Source of the DNA: Lama glama
Lineage: Eukaryota
Length of the DNA stretch: 64,000 bases
Assembly (NCBI GenBank): GCA_028534125.1
Contig: CM052818.1
Location: 46,006,001 to 46,070,000, forward strand
Direction: 5' to 3'
Part shown: one piece after another, positions 12,720 to 24,514 of the stretch
Numbering within the stretch: position 1 is the stretch's first letter
Layout: each line of letters starts with the position of its first letter
The notes under the pieces: generated by a model
Seen by the model: the letters and a program-made list of their open reading frames with translations, nothing else
The model's database searches: none
What the model was told of the DNA's origin: nothing
Position numbers and translations under genes: made by a program

Positions 12720-13200
12720 ATTAGAGTTGCCCAGTGTCTCAGTTTGTTCCAGCTACTATAATCAAATATCAGAGACTGGGTATTATAGACAACAGAAATT
12801 TATTTCTCATAGTTCTGGAAGCTGGAAGTCCAAGATCAAGCTGGCAGCAGATTTGATGTCTGATGAGGACTCACTTCTTGGTTCATGATAGTTCCTTTTT
12901 GTCATGCCTTCACTTGGCAGAAGGGCAAGGGAACTCTCTGGAGTCTCTTTAATGAGGGCACTAATCCCATTCACGGGGCCTCACCCTCATAATCTACTTA
13001 CCCCAAATGCCACACCTCCTAATACTGTCACCTGGAGGGTTAGCATTTCAACATATGAATTTTTGTGGAGACATGAATATAATCTGTAGCACCAGAGTTA
13101 GCAAATATTTCATGGAACACACTTATACTAGAAAACTTTTCATTGTTTATCTGAAATTCCAGTTTAACTGGACATCCTGGATTTTAGCTGGCCACCCTAT
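12720..13200. mobile_element. MLT1A-like LTR (12735-13090, - strand) inserted in a MER53-like MITE
   Basis: LTR motifs as at 10458; MER53-like ends tagagttgcc... and ...atctgaaattccagtttaactgg..ggccacccta. Confidence 0.65.
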
Positions 13201-14082
13201 TAATAACACGCTGAAGATTACACAGCCAGTAAGTGGAAAAGCTATTGTTTCCCCCCAGGCTGAAAGCTTAAAAAATATCATCATGAGTGTGGGCAGGCTG
13301 TGAAAAGTCACTGGTTTAGAAGGCAGAACTAGAACTCCTGGGTCCACCACGAACAAGCTATGACAAGGGGAGGGCGATTCATCTCTCCAAGCTTCAGTGT
13401 GTCGTATTTATAAAATGGGAGAGTAAACCCATCTTCCACATCTCACTGGTTAAAAATAATAAACTTCTCTAGGTCTCTGAAGGATGACGGTATAAGACAG
13501 AAAACATCTGGGGGCCCACAGAGAGGAAGTCTCTTGTCTTTCAGAAATAGCTCCAATTCTCCAAAAACATCTGGAAATTTTTCCCCAGAGAACACTCTCC
13601 CTCTTCCAAATCTGCAGGGCTCAACAAGGCATCTGCCAACCACGCAGGTGGGGGCCTCCATCTCCCCGACCACTGTTGGACTCCTTAGCTGAGGAACCCC
13701 TTGTGTGTGGGAGGCTGAAGTGGCCCCTGACCCCAAGGTTGTCCCAGCACTGACCCAGGGGCAGAGATGAGTCAGGAACCAAGTTTCCCCCCTAGGCCCC
13801 CTTCCCCACAACCCAAGCTGGGAACACGCTCTCTAGGGTGGAAATCCCTCAAGTTGGGCCTTGCGCGGTGCGGCCGAGGCCTGGTGAGCCCCAGTGTGGG
13901 AATGAGCGCCTTGAAATTCTGCTTGTCGGAATCACCTGTGGCGTTTTCCTCCATCGGTATAAACCTGAGTCCCTTACTGCAGCATCCCAGGCCTCCACGG
14001 GGTAGAAAACGCTGTTCACATTTTGAAGTTGGAGAAACAGAGACTCGAGGAGGCAAATGGACTTGCCCAACATGTCCTGCTC

Positions 14083-14582
14083 NNNNNNNNNNNNNNNNNN
14101 NNNNNNNNNNNNNNNNNNNNNNNNNNNNNNNNNNNNNNNNNNNNNNNNNNNNNNNNNNNNNNNNNNNNNNNNNNNNNNNNNNNNNNNNNNNNNNNNNNNN
14201 NNNNNNNNNNNNNNNNNNNNNNNNNNNNNNNNNNNNNNNNNNNNNNNNNNNNNNNNNNNNNNNNNNNNNNNNNNNNNNNNNNNNNNNNNNNNNNNNNNNN
14301 NNNNNNNNNNNNNNNNNNNNNNNNNNNNNNNNNNNNNNNNNNNNNNNNNNNNNNNNNNNNNNNNNNNNNNNNNNNNNNNNNNNNNNNNNNNNNNNNNNNN
14401 NNNNNNNNNNNNNNNNNNNNNNNNNNNNNNNNNNNNNNNNNNNNNNNNNNNNNNNNNNNNNNNNNNNNNNNNNNNNNNNNNNNNNNNNNNNNNNNNNNNN
14501 NNNNNNNNNNNNNNNNNNNNNNNNNNNNNNNNNNNNNNNNNNNNNNNNNNNNNNNNNNNNNNNNNNNNNNNNNNNNNNNNNN
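14083..14582. other. Assembly gap (500 N)
   Basis: Run of exactly 500 N (placeholder size). Confidence 1.
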
Positions 14583-14855
14583 GACGATCTGGTTCTTTCG
14601 CTCTGGGGCTTCCATGTCTCCGTCTGTGTGATCACTGCAGTGTGAGCTAGAGTCAGAGACCCACGTGGAGTAGGGGCTGGAGGAAACTGTGTCCCGGCAG
14701 TACTGTCAGCAGGGCAGGGAATTGCTCTCGAGCGGTCGTGGCCAAGTCAGTTTCCCAGAAGTCGCCCATCACAGGGACAGTTCTCTCCTCTGTCACACGT
14801 GTCCCTGGATGATTTCCTATCATTTTCTGCATGAGTGTGTGGGTAAACTGTCCAC

Positions 14856-15003
14856 TTCTTCAATTGTTCGAGGCTTCTTGATAAATGGCTTGAGTCTTTG
14901 TTCATTTATCAAAAAGTCATTGAACCCTTCCCTGAGCCAAGCATTTTGTGGGAAATCAGCGAGATCCCTGTTCTTCCAAAACCCTCTCTCTAGTGAAGGA
15001 CGC
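14856..15003 (-). pseudogene. Candidate exon RPSLERGFWKNRDLADFPQNAWLREGFNDFLINEQRLKPFIKKPRTIEE
   Basis: Acceptor ggattctgctcacag|; 49 open, protein-like codons ending in PRTIEE(V), typical of an RGS box start; degenerate donor GTGGAC. Confidence 0.55.
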
Positions 15004-17291
15004 CTGTGAGCAGAATCCCAGGAGAGCAAGGGGAGCACCGGGGAGGGAGGAAGCGGAGAGGCTCAGATTCCCGGGGGTGACAGTGGACCTGGGCCCTGCA
15101 GCCAGAGGGAGGCAGGGGGAAAGCTAGCAGGAACATCACAGTTACAAGGCCAGGGTTTGGGATGATGGTTAGAGGTCCATCGGGCTGCACGAGAAACGAG
15201 GGTGCCCCTGGTTGTGAAGAGCCCTGAGTGTCAGGCTTGGGGAACTGGTTTCATTCTGTCCTCCTGATCATCCCAACAGGGCTGACAGATCAGAGGTGCT
15301 GAGCCCCTAACTCTAGGTGTGCCCAGGACAAGGAGGGGAAAGGCTGACTCCCAGAATCCCGGAATCCTGCCGTGGGACCGGCCTCCCCAAGGAACCCTCC
15401 GACTCCCACAGCGCACAGGGCGCAGGGGTGGCCATGCCCACCCAGACCACCCAGCCATGGCAGCTGATTTCGTTTTTCTGGGCCTTCAAGGTCATGGGCA
15501 GACGAGCTCACCGCGTGAGCAGTTAGAAAAGCACCTCTGCCGATTTGGGGTTGAATTTTTTCCTTCTATCTTGTCAACTTACTGCTCCTAACTGATGTAA
15601 AGTGCTTCCCCGCCCTCATTCAGGCTCTCGCCTGGCTCTCACATCACGCAGACAACGCTCTGCGTTCCTGCTCGTAAAGCCCCTGCTTAAATGACTTCAG
15701 TCACAACCAGGGTAATAGTTCGTAGTAATGACAGCCAGCGCGCACTGACGGCTTCCCACGGGCGGACACCGCTTGACCAGTGTGCTCTCTTGCCTCCTGT
15801 CCGTGGCCTCCCTCCATACTGGGCTGCCCCCCACAGTGATGTGGCTTTTGAGGCCCTTTAAAATCCAGAGCTTTGTCAACTAAGCCTAGGTTCAGATCTA
15901 AATTGGTCGGGATATTGGGCTCGGCTGTGTAGGCGTAACAGACACAGTGACAGTGACTTCAGCCCCGCAGGAGGCTCTCAGTGGCTGACCGCCTGTATTA
16001 TTGTTATTGGCGCCGTTGTTGTTGAGTAAAGGCTTCCAGGCAGCAAACAGACAGGAGAGGAGTTGTGCACGAGAAAATTTCAGACAACACCGGACGTTCC
16101 TGCAGACGCTGCCCGAGGGCCTCTGGGAGCATTAGTAAGCACATTCGAAAACAAATCCTCCTGTCTTTCCGAAAAGATCAAGATGACTTGCCGAAAAGGG
16201 CCCCCGCAGCAGGATACAGAAAACAGAGCCGGAAATAGAGGACCCGGGTGGGAGGAGGCGGGCGGGGGAAGCCGGGAGGGGTGACTCTGGTTCCTCAGGC
16301 AGGAGCTCTGGGCAGCCAGGCTCCCGGCCATGTGGCTGTGGCTCTGTGGCTCCTGAGCAGTGTCCTGGCCTCCCCAGTACCACCTCCCACCTCAGGCCGG
16401 GTGCGAGGGTCATGTGTTTCTGCGGGACCAGTTCTCTTTCCAAAACTGCTGACTAACAAGGAGCATTTAAAATAAGAAATCTGTTTCTTAAAACAAATCT
16501 TCAACTCAGCTGAATTTATTGAGCCCCTGCACCAGTCGCTGGACTTTCCCCTGGGAAATCAGAGTGAGCAAAATATGAGAGGCCCCCCCGCCAGGCAAGA
16601 CAAGTGTCAGTAACAAACAGGACATCAGTGCCTTGTGATGGGTCTAAGGGACAGGGACGCTTGGGGACAAGGGGCCTGAGCTGGGAGGTCAGAAGGCTAG
16701 CAGGCAGTCAGACAAAGGGAATAGGATTCAAGGACGCAGGGATGTGTTTTGGAGGCGCAGTCCTGCCTGAGGGTGTGGGGTAAAGAGGCAGCGGGAGGGA
16801 GGATATGGATCTGGAGGGGCCAATGGGACCAGAGCACCGAGGGCCTGAGGTCAGCAAGGACCTTACCCCAGGAGCCACTTGAGTGTGAAGCAAGGTCAGA
16901 TGTTGCACTGAGGGGCAGCACGGGCTGTACCCAGGGGGCTGGGCAGGAGATGCTCACTCACCTTACCCTCCCCCCAGACCTGGAGCCCCTCAAAGGCAAG
17001 ACGGTGCCTCTCCTGTCTCCTCAATACCAGGCCATGGCCGCTGTCAGAGTGAGTGATGGTAAATATTTACTGAATGTGTACATGAGTGAATGTGTCAAGG
17101 ACACATTTAGACCAACATTTTCCAAAATAAACTCCCAAACCAGAAGATTAATTTCTCAAGGAAGGACAGACATGTTACTGCTAGTCTGGGGAGCTGGGTC
17201 CTCACATATGTGACCTCGTCCAGTTTAACATTTACAATGACCCTCCCATCCCCACTTGACAAACACAAAAACTGGGGCTCAGAGAATTTAC

Positions 17292-17858
17292 TCCTTTGTC
17301 AAAGACATTAAATGTCGTGGCGGAGACGAAATTCAAAACCAGGTATTTTTCTATCAAGTCCACGGCTCTTTCTACCCTAGGGCACACCCCGCGTGTAACA
17401 AAGCACGGAGTCAGGCATTCGAGAACAGCGCATTCTGCATCTCCATTGTTTGTGTGTGAACGTGTGTGTTCACCAGCCACCCTCTGAGACTTTCCATTGA
17501 ATGGTTATGTAAATGGAAGTGGTTTGTTCTGGAGCAGCCCTGCTGGATTCAGGGAACCCCACCCCCACCTTGAGGTGTCATCCGAGATAAAACCAAACAC
17601 ACACCCAGAGAACCGAGACCAGTTGGTTTGCTAAGAGCAGGGGCCACTCGGCCACAGGGAGCGCGGATGTTCCCACTGTTGTCCGCGACTGGTTTTCAGC
17701 TGGAATGCTGTTAAGTGGAGCGATTTGCTCTCCGAACACGTGCATCTCCAATTACTCTCCTTTGTAAGCAGAATGTGTCATCTTCAGGGGATGATAAATC
17801 ACAGCAAAATCCAAACGACAGGGCCCGCTCCAGCCCCCCTTTGCCCCTCTGCAGGGCT
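17292..17858 (-). pseudogene. Candidate exons 17858-17756 (ALQRGKGGLERALSFGFCCDLSSPEDD) and 17376-17292 (VERAVDLIEKYLVLNFVSATTFNVFDKG)
   Basis: AG acceptors, GTAATT/GTAAAT donors. ERAVDLIEKYL resembles the RGS helix-5 consensus (kAkeIyekYi). Confidence 0.55.
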
Positions 17859-18359
17859 CTCACGGCAGGAAGGCAGAGGCTCAGGGTCTGACAGTGCCCC
17901 TGGTTCAGCTCGGCGCTGTGGTGACAGGGCGGTGGCCCGAGCGACCTCTGAGGCGGGAACAAGCCTTTGTCTCTTAGGGAGACAAAGCTCCCGGGAGCTC
18001 GAGGACAGACTTGTAGCCTCGCACGCCTTCTGCCCTGGTACTCTGAGCACTTTCCAGAGAGGCCCCTGAGGGGAAACTGAGGCAAGCTGTCACACGGCAC
18101 CTACCCCAAGAACACATCCGGCTGCTGAGAATCCTGCTCATCCTTCCCACAGCCCTGAAGTGGTGATCATCACCTCCTTTTACACCAGAGGGAACTGAGA
18201 TGCGGCAGGACTTGACCTCTCGCCCAGGGTCATACAAGGAGAGCGTGGCAGAGTCAAGTTTCGAACTGGGTTCATCTGGGTCCAAAGCCATGGTTAGAGG
18301 CTCTGTGAGGTCTTGCGCTGAGTTCACGTGCAGGATAATCACACTCTGTGGACAAATGG

Positions 18360-18645
18360 GGCGTGCGTGTGTGGTGTGGGAGGTGTGAAATGTGTGTACA
18401 GTGTGTGCCGTCTGGGTGTAGGATGTATATGTGTGGTCTGTGTGTGAGTGTATCGTGGTGTGTGTATGGTATTAGGATGTGTTGCGGTGTGTGGTGTGTG
18501 TAGTGTGTTTGTGGTGTGTTTGTGTGAGTGTGTGCGGATTGTGTGTAGTTTTGTGGTGTGTAGTATATGGTTGTGTGTACTGTGATGTGCATGTGGTATT
18601 GTGGTACGTTGTGGTGTATAGTGTGTGGTGTGTTGTGTGTGTGTC
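18360..18645. repeat. Degenerate (GT)-rich low-complexity tract
   Basis: Imperfect GTGT/GTGGT repeats. Confidence 0.9.
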
Positions 18646-19188
18646 TTGTGGACCAGGGCTTTAATTTCATAATTAATTTCCACAGCCTAGACAAGGGGGC
18701 TGGTGGAGCGCACTTGGCTTTAGAATCAGCAGAGGTCAGCTGACAAGCCCTGCCATGTGGCCATGACAAGCCATCTCACAGCTGTGAGTCTGCGTCTCAT
18801 TCATCAAACTGGGATTGACAGGGTCGTAAAGGAATGTCTGCAACGCACCTAGCACGTCCCTGCCTCATCTCCCTCACACTCATGGGCAAACCCTGTTGGC
18901 TGCACCTTCGATGTGTACCTAGAATTCAGTCCCTTCTGCCACCTCCACCCCACCCTCAGCTCTCACCTGGATTCTGCCTCCCACCTGGTGTCCTTGCTCC
19001 TGCTCTCCACCCACTACCCTGCAATTCCCAACAGGTTCATTCATCCCCGCAGTCAGAGAGTCCTGGTTCAGTGAGCAACCTTTGAGTAACTGAGCGAATG
19101 ATGTCACGATGGGGACGACCGCACGGCTGGAGGTGGGGGAGAAGGAGGATCAGAAGGCACTCTTTCCCAATCAGAAATGCTACAGTAC

Positions 19189-19297
19189 GTGTTGCTCAGA
19201 TACTTTAAAAAGTTGTTCAAATCCTCTCCACTCCAGCTGCTGTTTGCCACAGCTGACTCTTCAAGGTTTGAGTTCTCAGATGGACGAGGTAAACCCA
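19189..19297 (-). pseudogene. Candidate exon GLPRPSENSNLEESAVANSSWSGEDLNNFLKYLSNT
   Basis: Textbook acceptor ttttaacatctttttctgctccctctag|; open; ends in an RGS helix-3-like FxxYL motif; weak donor GTACTG. Confidence 0.6.
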
Positions 19298-20217
19298 CTA
19301 GAGGGAGCAGAAAAAGATGTTAAAATGATTTAGAGGCTGCAGAGACAGAGCGTGGGGAGAAAGGATAAAGGATCTGGGATTCACTAGCCCAGGAAAGGGA
19401 GAGCAGAGGGGCTCATCCTGGAGGTGACGAGCCTCCTTCACTGGGTGAGCTCAACCCCCTGGGATGCGACACTAAGTCTCCCAGACAGATCAGCCTTCTC
19501 CCGGAGCTGTGCCTTCCACTGCACATCTTCTCTCCCCTCCCTCCTCCACCCTCTGGGTCCTTCTAGCCTCTGAATTGGGCGTAGAAAAAAGCATGAGGGA
19601 GGACAAAGTTTACATGCTGACCACCACCCACCAACAGGACAACAAGCCACTTATTCTGGACCAGGCATATGCTCAGGAGCAGTCAGTTGTCTCCCCATCT
19701 CCTCCCTCCTCGCCCCTCCGCACCCCACCGCAAGAGCAGAAAGCCGCTGGGGGAAGGACCTGGCAGCTGTCCCCCCCACCAACACCCTTCTCATGCCCTC
19801 GCTCTCCACATTTCCCCCCCCACCCCCACCACACTCTCCCTGCAGCTAAAGAGGGACAAGGGCAGCCTGTCCCCTGGCAGGTCCGGCCCCAGAGGCTATC
19901 TGTTCAGAGACCAGGCGGTGAGGGGCAGGGCTGAGAACACTGCAACGCCAACACGCATGTACATTCTCTCCGTGCACGTGCGTGCACACACACATGTGCT
20001 CACTGCTCCTCCACGCACTGAGCTCCCCGTAACTTACCTGTCTCCTTTCTAGACCAGGAGCTCCTTGAGGGCAGGGAGCTGTCTCGTTTTCTGTTTTCTC
20101 CAAGCCTGGCATCCGACAGGCACCAATAACTGTTTGATGAATACATAAATGAGTGCCGGGGAAAAGCATCTCGCTCTGCAGTTGCGGTATTTGATGTGTT
20201 ATGTGAGGTGAAGTTAC

Positions 20218-20314
20218 ATTCGAAGCTTTCAGAAAAAAGCTCGAAAGTGGAGGAGGGAAGATTGTTGGTCTCCAAATCCTGTGGCCTTTGGAGTGGCATC
20301 ATAGAAAGAGGCTT
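20218..20314 (-). pseudogene. Candidate exon KPLSMMPLQRPQDLETNNLPSSTFELFSESFE
   Basis: Acceptor cttcatttccacctctag|; donor AAT|GTAACT; phase 0-1, open. Confidence 0.5.
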
Positions 20315-21925
20315 CTAGAGGTGGAAATGAAGTTTTTTCTTCCTGCATTATTGCCCTGCCCCCACCTCCAGCAGAAGAGCCAGCTTCCTAGGTCCCAAGC
20401 TTTGGAGAGCTTTGTGACAGGCCCCAAAGTCCTCTCCTCCCTGTCCTTTGTTTCTTGGGGACCCTGTGTGCTAAGTCAGCTGGAGGAGGTAGGGGGGCTT
20501 CAGAGGCTGGGGAGGGATGGAGAGCCAGCAGGGTCATAGGACTGTTGGGTCCTGAACCAGCCCTCTGGAGGGGGCACCCAGGGAGGCTGGGCTCAGGACC
20601 CGGGGTCCCAGGCTGCAGGCTCAGAGGCAGCGGGGCCTTGGGCTGGGCTGCGCAGCTGGGCCAGTGGACATCTCAGAAGGAATCAGTGTAGATTTTGCAT
20701 ATCGCAGGGGGTGGCATGAAGACTAGGAATAACTGAATGCACATTCCCCTCCGCATGGCAGGGTTGGTTGAATTTGTTTGGCATACCCATGCCTGCGATG
20801 AAGCCAGCACAGGTCACACATGACCCCCTCTCCTGAACATGGGAGGCTAGGTGCGGAGCCGGGCCCTGGCCTGGACGACAGCAGTGGAGAAGCAGGGCTC
20901 TCGTCTCTCCTTCCCGCTCCACAGCCATCATCCTCCCTGGCAGCAGGGCAGGCCCTCATTCCCAGTCTGATTCTGTGCAAACTCGAGAATTTCCCCTTGA
21001 AACGTCACCAGACTCTCTCTGGAAATCACTCTCCCTCTCCTGCTCCAAGGAACCTGGCCATCCCCAGAGGAGGTTTCTGGCCCCTCTCTCTGAGCCCCAT
21101 CTGCTCCTGGAGCCCAGAGGAGCTGGCTCGGGGAGCCTGCATTCAGAGGAGCCCTCCACTTGCTCAGGGCCCCGCAGGTGCTCAGCAGTGGGTCGGGATG
21201 CGTCCCAAGTCTCTGGGCTTCCAGTTCCGGCCCCTCCTACTGTCCTGGCCTTGACTGCTGGGCAGCTGAGCTTGCCCCAGAGCTAAGCCAAGTCGGGTGG
21301 GGAGGCTGAGGGGCCCTTGGCAACCTAGCTCTGGATGTCAACTGCTGATTGTATGTCCCAATGATCTTCCCACCCTCGGCAGACAGTCTGTGACTGTGTC
21401 TCTGTGGGGAGCAGGCATCAGTCAAAACAGGGAGCAGTCGTGGGGAGCTCACGGACCCTAACACATGGGTGTTGACAGTCAACCAACCAAATCTTTCCTG
21501 GAACTAGCTGCCCAGAACTCAGTGCCAAGAGACGTGGATGGGTGGCACTCAGGAACCAGAGGTAATGCTCTCACCCCAGGCAGTGCCCTCACCCCAGGCA
21601 GCACCCCCACCCCAGTGAGCAAACCCACGATATAAAAGCTAGTGTACATGTGACTGTGGCAGAAAGGGGCCAACCAAAGCCTCTGAGCTGGGTGTGGTGG
21701 GTGTTGGCAGCCTAGCGGTGGTGAGTGGTGGTGACAGGATGCCTCGTTTCCCTGGCAACATATGGAGACGGTTCCACAAATACCAGCCAGTGGATGCCGC
21801 GGCTGAGCGGCCAGGAGGACTGAGGTCTGAGATCCGAGTCTGCCGCCAGGAGCCCCCTCCCCAGCGGCTGTCCTCTGAGGCTTGGTTCTGCGTGTATTTG
21901 TCCTTTCACTCAGCAAATCCCTTAC

Positions 21926-22056
21926 ATCCCTGCACACACATCTGCACTTCTTGGTACAGTCTCTGCTGGGAGTGTCCTTTCTCCTCCAGCTGGCGAACTC
22001 CTCCTCCAACCTGAACGTCCACTTCAAATAGCCCCTTGTGTGGTCACATGACCACC
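21926..22056 (-). pseudogene. Candidate exon (131 nt)
   Basis: Acceptor cttacctcag|; donor GAT|GTAAGG; open in phase 1-0. An alternative frame gives RGS-like QLEEKGHSQQRLYQEVQMCV. Confidence 0.45.
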
Positions 22057-22854
22057 CTGAGGTAAGCTCAGGGAAATCGAGGGAAAAGATAACCTTTATT
22101 CAAAAGTCTTCAGGGGAGCTCTAGACAAACAGATCAGGACAGAGGGACTGGGCCAGGTCAAGGACAGGGCTTCTGAGTGAATAAATGGTTACCCTCCATC
22201 AACTCTCTTTAGTGGCATTGCAGAAGGAACTCTGTCTTACAGTGATTGGGTGGCCTGGGACAAGCTCCTTTCCCACTCCAAGCCCCAGAATCCCCTTCCC
22301 TAAAACGTTGGAGAAGGTGATTCTTAAAGGCCCTCTCAGCCCCGACAGCTCCATGAGAGATTCCAGGGTGCCCTCTCCTCTCTCCCTGAGGGTTATTCAG
22401 CTTCCCAGGGGACTTGCCTCCTCCCTGTCTGACACCCGGGCTGGCCTCCATGCTGCTGGCCTCAACCTAAGGCGGGGCTTGCTCTACTTGGTGTTCTAGC
22501 GTGGGCTCTGCCTGCAGGGGACTCCCAGGGACCCCACAAGTCTCCCCAGTCTACCTGGGGGGTCTCTGCCACTCCCACGCTCACCCCTACTGGGATTTTC
22601 TCAAGGACCTACAACAGCTACTCACTTCCTGTCTTCTCGAATTCTCTCCAAACTCTTTCCCCCAAGCCTGAAAAGGATTTCACCATCTCTGTGGTGGGGA
22701 ACCACTGTGTGGTTGACGGTGTGAACTCCATGCTCTGAGGTCCCTGGACTTTGCTCGTGTTATTGAACAAGGCTACTGGGGAAAGGCGGCAGGTTGAACA
22801 TCTAGTCTCCCTCCCTCCCAAAACCCCATCAAGACTCTAGTAAAGAGATTCATG

Positions 22855-22928
22855 TGTGCACATGTGCGAGAGTACGCACACGTGCACAAATGCATGCACG
22901 CACACTCACACACACACACACACGCACA
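22855..22928. repeat. (CA)n-type microsatellite
   Basis: Visible in sequence. Confidence 0.85.
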
Positions 22929-23532
22929 CCAGGAGAGCAGACCACAACACCATTTTAGGAGCTGGAAAGCAGGTGGAAGGATGGTAACTGACTTAGCAGA
23001 CCCAAGAAAGTAAAGCCTCAAGCCCACAGTGAAGAAAACTGAAAACAGCCAGATGTACACCCCAGAGTTCTCGAGGAACCAGAAGTCTCAGGATTCCCTA
23101 GAACTTGGGGTAAAGGAGTGGCTGAAATGGAGAGGATCAACCCACAGTAGCCAAGGAAGTACATGCATCCCAGGATCCCCTCCACTCTTCACTGGTGGGC
23201 AACTGGCCTTTTTCACCCCAGGGGAAGATGGGAGATTTATCCCCTGGAAAGGGTAAAAAGTGATTCCTTGGATTGGAGGGCTCAAGCTCTCACCGCAAAC
23301 AGCGGAATTAAGTGAATGTGTGTATCCTGAATGCCAGGGTCACGTGCCCACGTCTCCCGCCTGAAGCCTGGGAGCTAAGTCTTTGCCTGGGACAGGGGCT
23401 TGGGGGTGGCTAGAAATGTCTTCTCTGGAGGAAGGAGCCCTGTGAGCGTCTGTTCTCACCCGTGCATTCAGACCACAGCGGGGCTCACCGCCGCAGCATT
23501 TCAGAATACTGTGGCCCAGGAGAAGAGCCTAC

Positions 23533-23779
23533 CAGCTTCCAGGGAGAGGAAGCAGGTCGCATTCAAAACGCGAGGTGTGCGTTTGGTTTCTTGCAGAGAT
23601 CCTGGAAGCTAGAAGACCCTTCAAAATTCAAGGGGCAGTGATTTATGAGCTTAGATTCTATAAACAGTGAAACCCTTTGTCAGGTGGGAAGTTAGAACAA
23701 AGACTTTCCCAGACATGCAAGAACTCAAAATACCTACCTTCAGTGACTCCCTTCTTGGAAACCTCCAGAGAATGGGGTC
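23533..23779 (-). pseudogene. Two small phase 1-1 candidate exons: 23779-23738 (PHSLEVSKKGVTE) and 23601-23533 (SLQETKRTPRVLNATCFLSLEA)
   Basis: Acceptors cttctccttttaaag| and ctagcttccag|; donors AAG|GTAGGT and CTG|GTAGGC; 42 and 69 nt; 136-nt intron. Confidence 0.55.
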
Positions 23780-24432
23780 CTTTAAAAGGAGAAGCAACTC
23801 CAAAAAGAAGAGGCCACTGGACCCAGGAAACAGGTCACGCAACACAGAAAAGCAGCAGAGGAAGGTCTCCTGAGGAGGTCGGGCAACACTGAGCCCCAGA
23901 CCCGGGGCGACAGGTCCTGATGAAGGAGGTGAGAAGGCGCTGGAGGGACGGACATCTGTAACCCATAGAGCCCTGGACGCATCTGAATGTCTCAGGAAGA
24001 CACTCAGACAACTGGCAAAAAGCCAAGAGTGGAACTGGTGATAAATACACAGAAAATCAGGCTATGAAACGGGACAGTGATTAACTTCAGCGATGACAAC
24101 ACTCTGTAGAGAAGGAAAGGCGTTACAATTCACCACACTTTTTAACTACAGGAAGTGTCAATGGCTTAATAAGGTAAAGAGTCACTTGATCGATCCAAAA
24201 GTGCGTCACAGTTCAACAGAGAAGTAGGGGTGTGGGGAGGGGTCACATGTCGGGGCCAGGGGAGCAAGGCCGGGAATTCCTGAGGCAGAATCACACTGGA
24301 AATAAAGCAGTGAGTGTACAAGCATGCTACCCGAGATACAGAGGCCACCCCAGATCCTCGGGGAACTTGAGTGGGAACTTGAGGGTCTGCTTTGGGGAGG
24401 GGAACACGACGGGGAGGGAACAGAGGTCTTAC

Positions 24433-24514
24433 TGTGTTTTCACGACTGATCATTGAGGGCGATTTGACCCCTGAGTAGATACAGTGCATCAAACTGAAAG
24501 CGACGATGTTCCTC
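24433..24514 (-). pseudogene. Candidate exon (could start at 24653)
   Basis: Acceptor gtgctttccag|; donor ACA|GTAAGA. One frame reads EEHRRFQFDALYLLRG. Confidence 0.4.

Noticed and set aside
13767..14650. Long ORFs (up to 292 aa) in the ORF track, also at 52547-53258
   Set aside because: Artefacts of translating through 500-N gaps.
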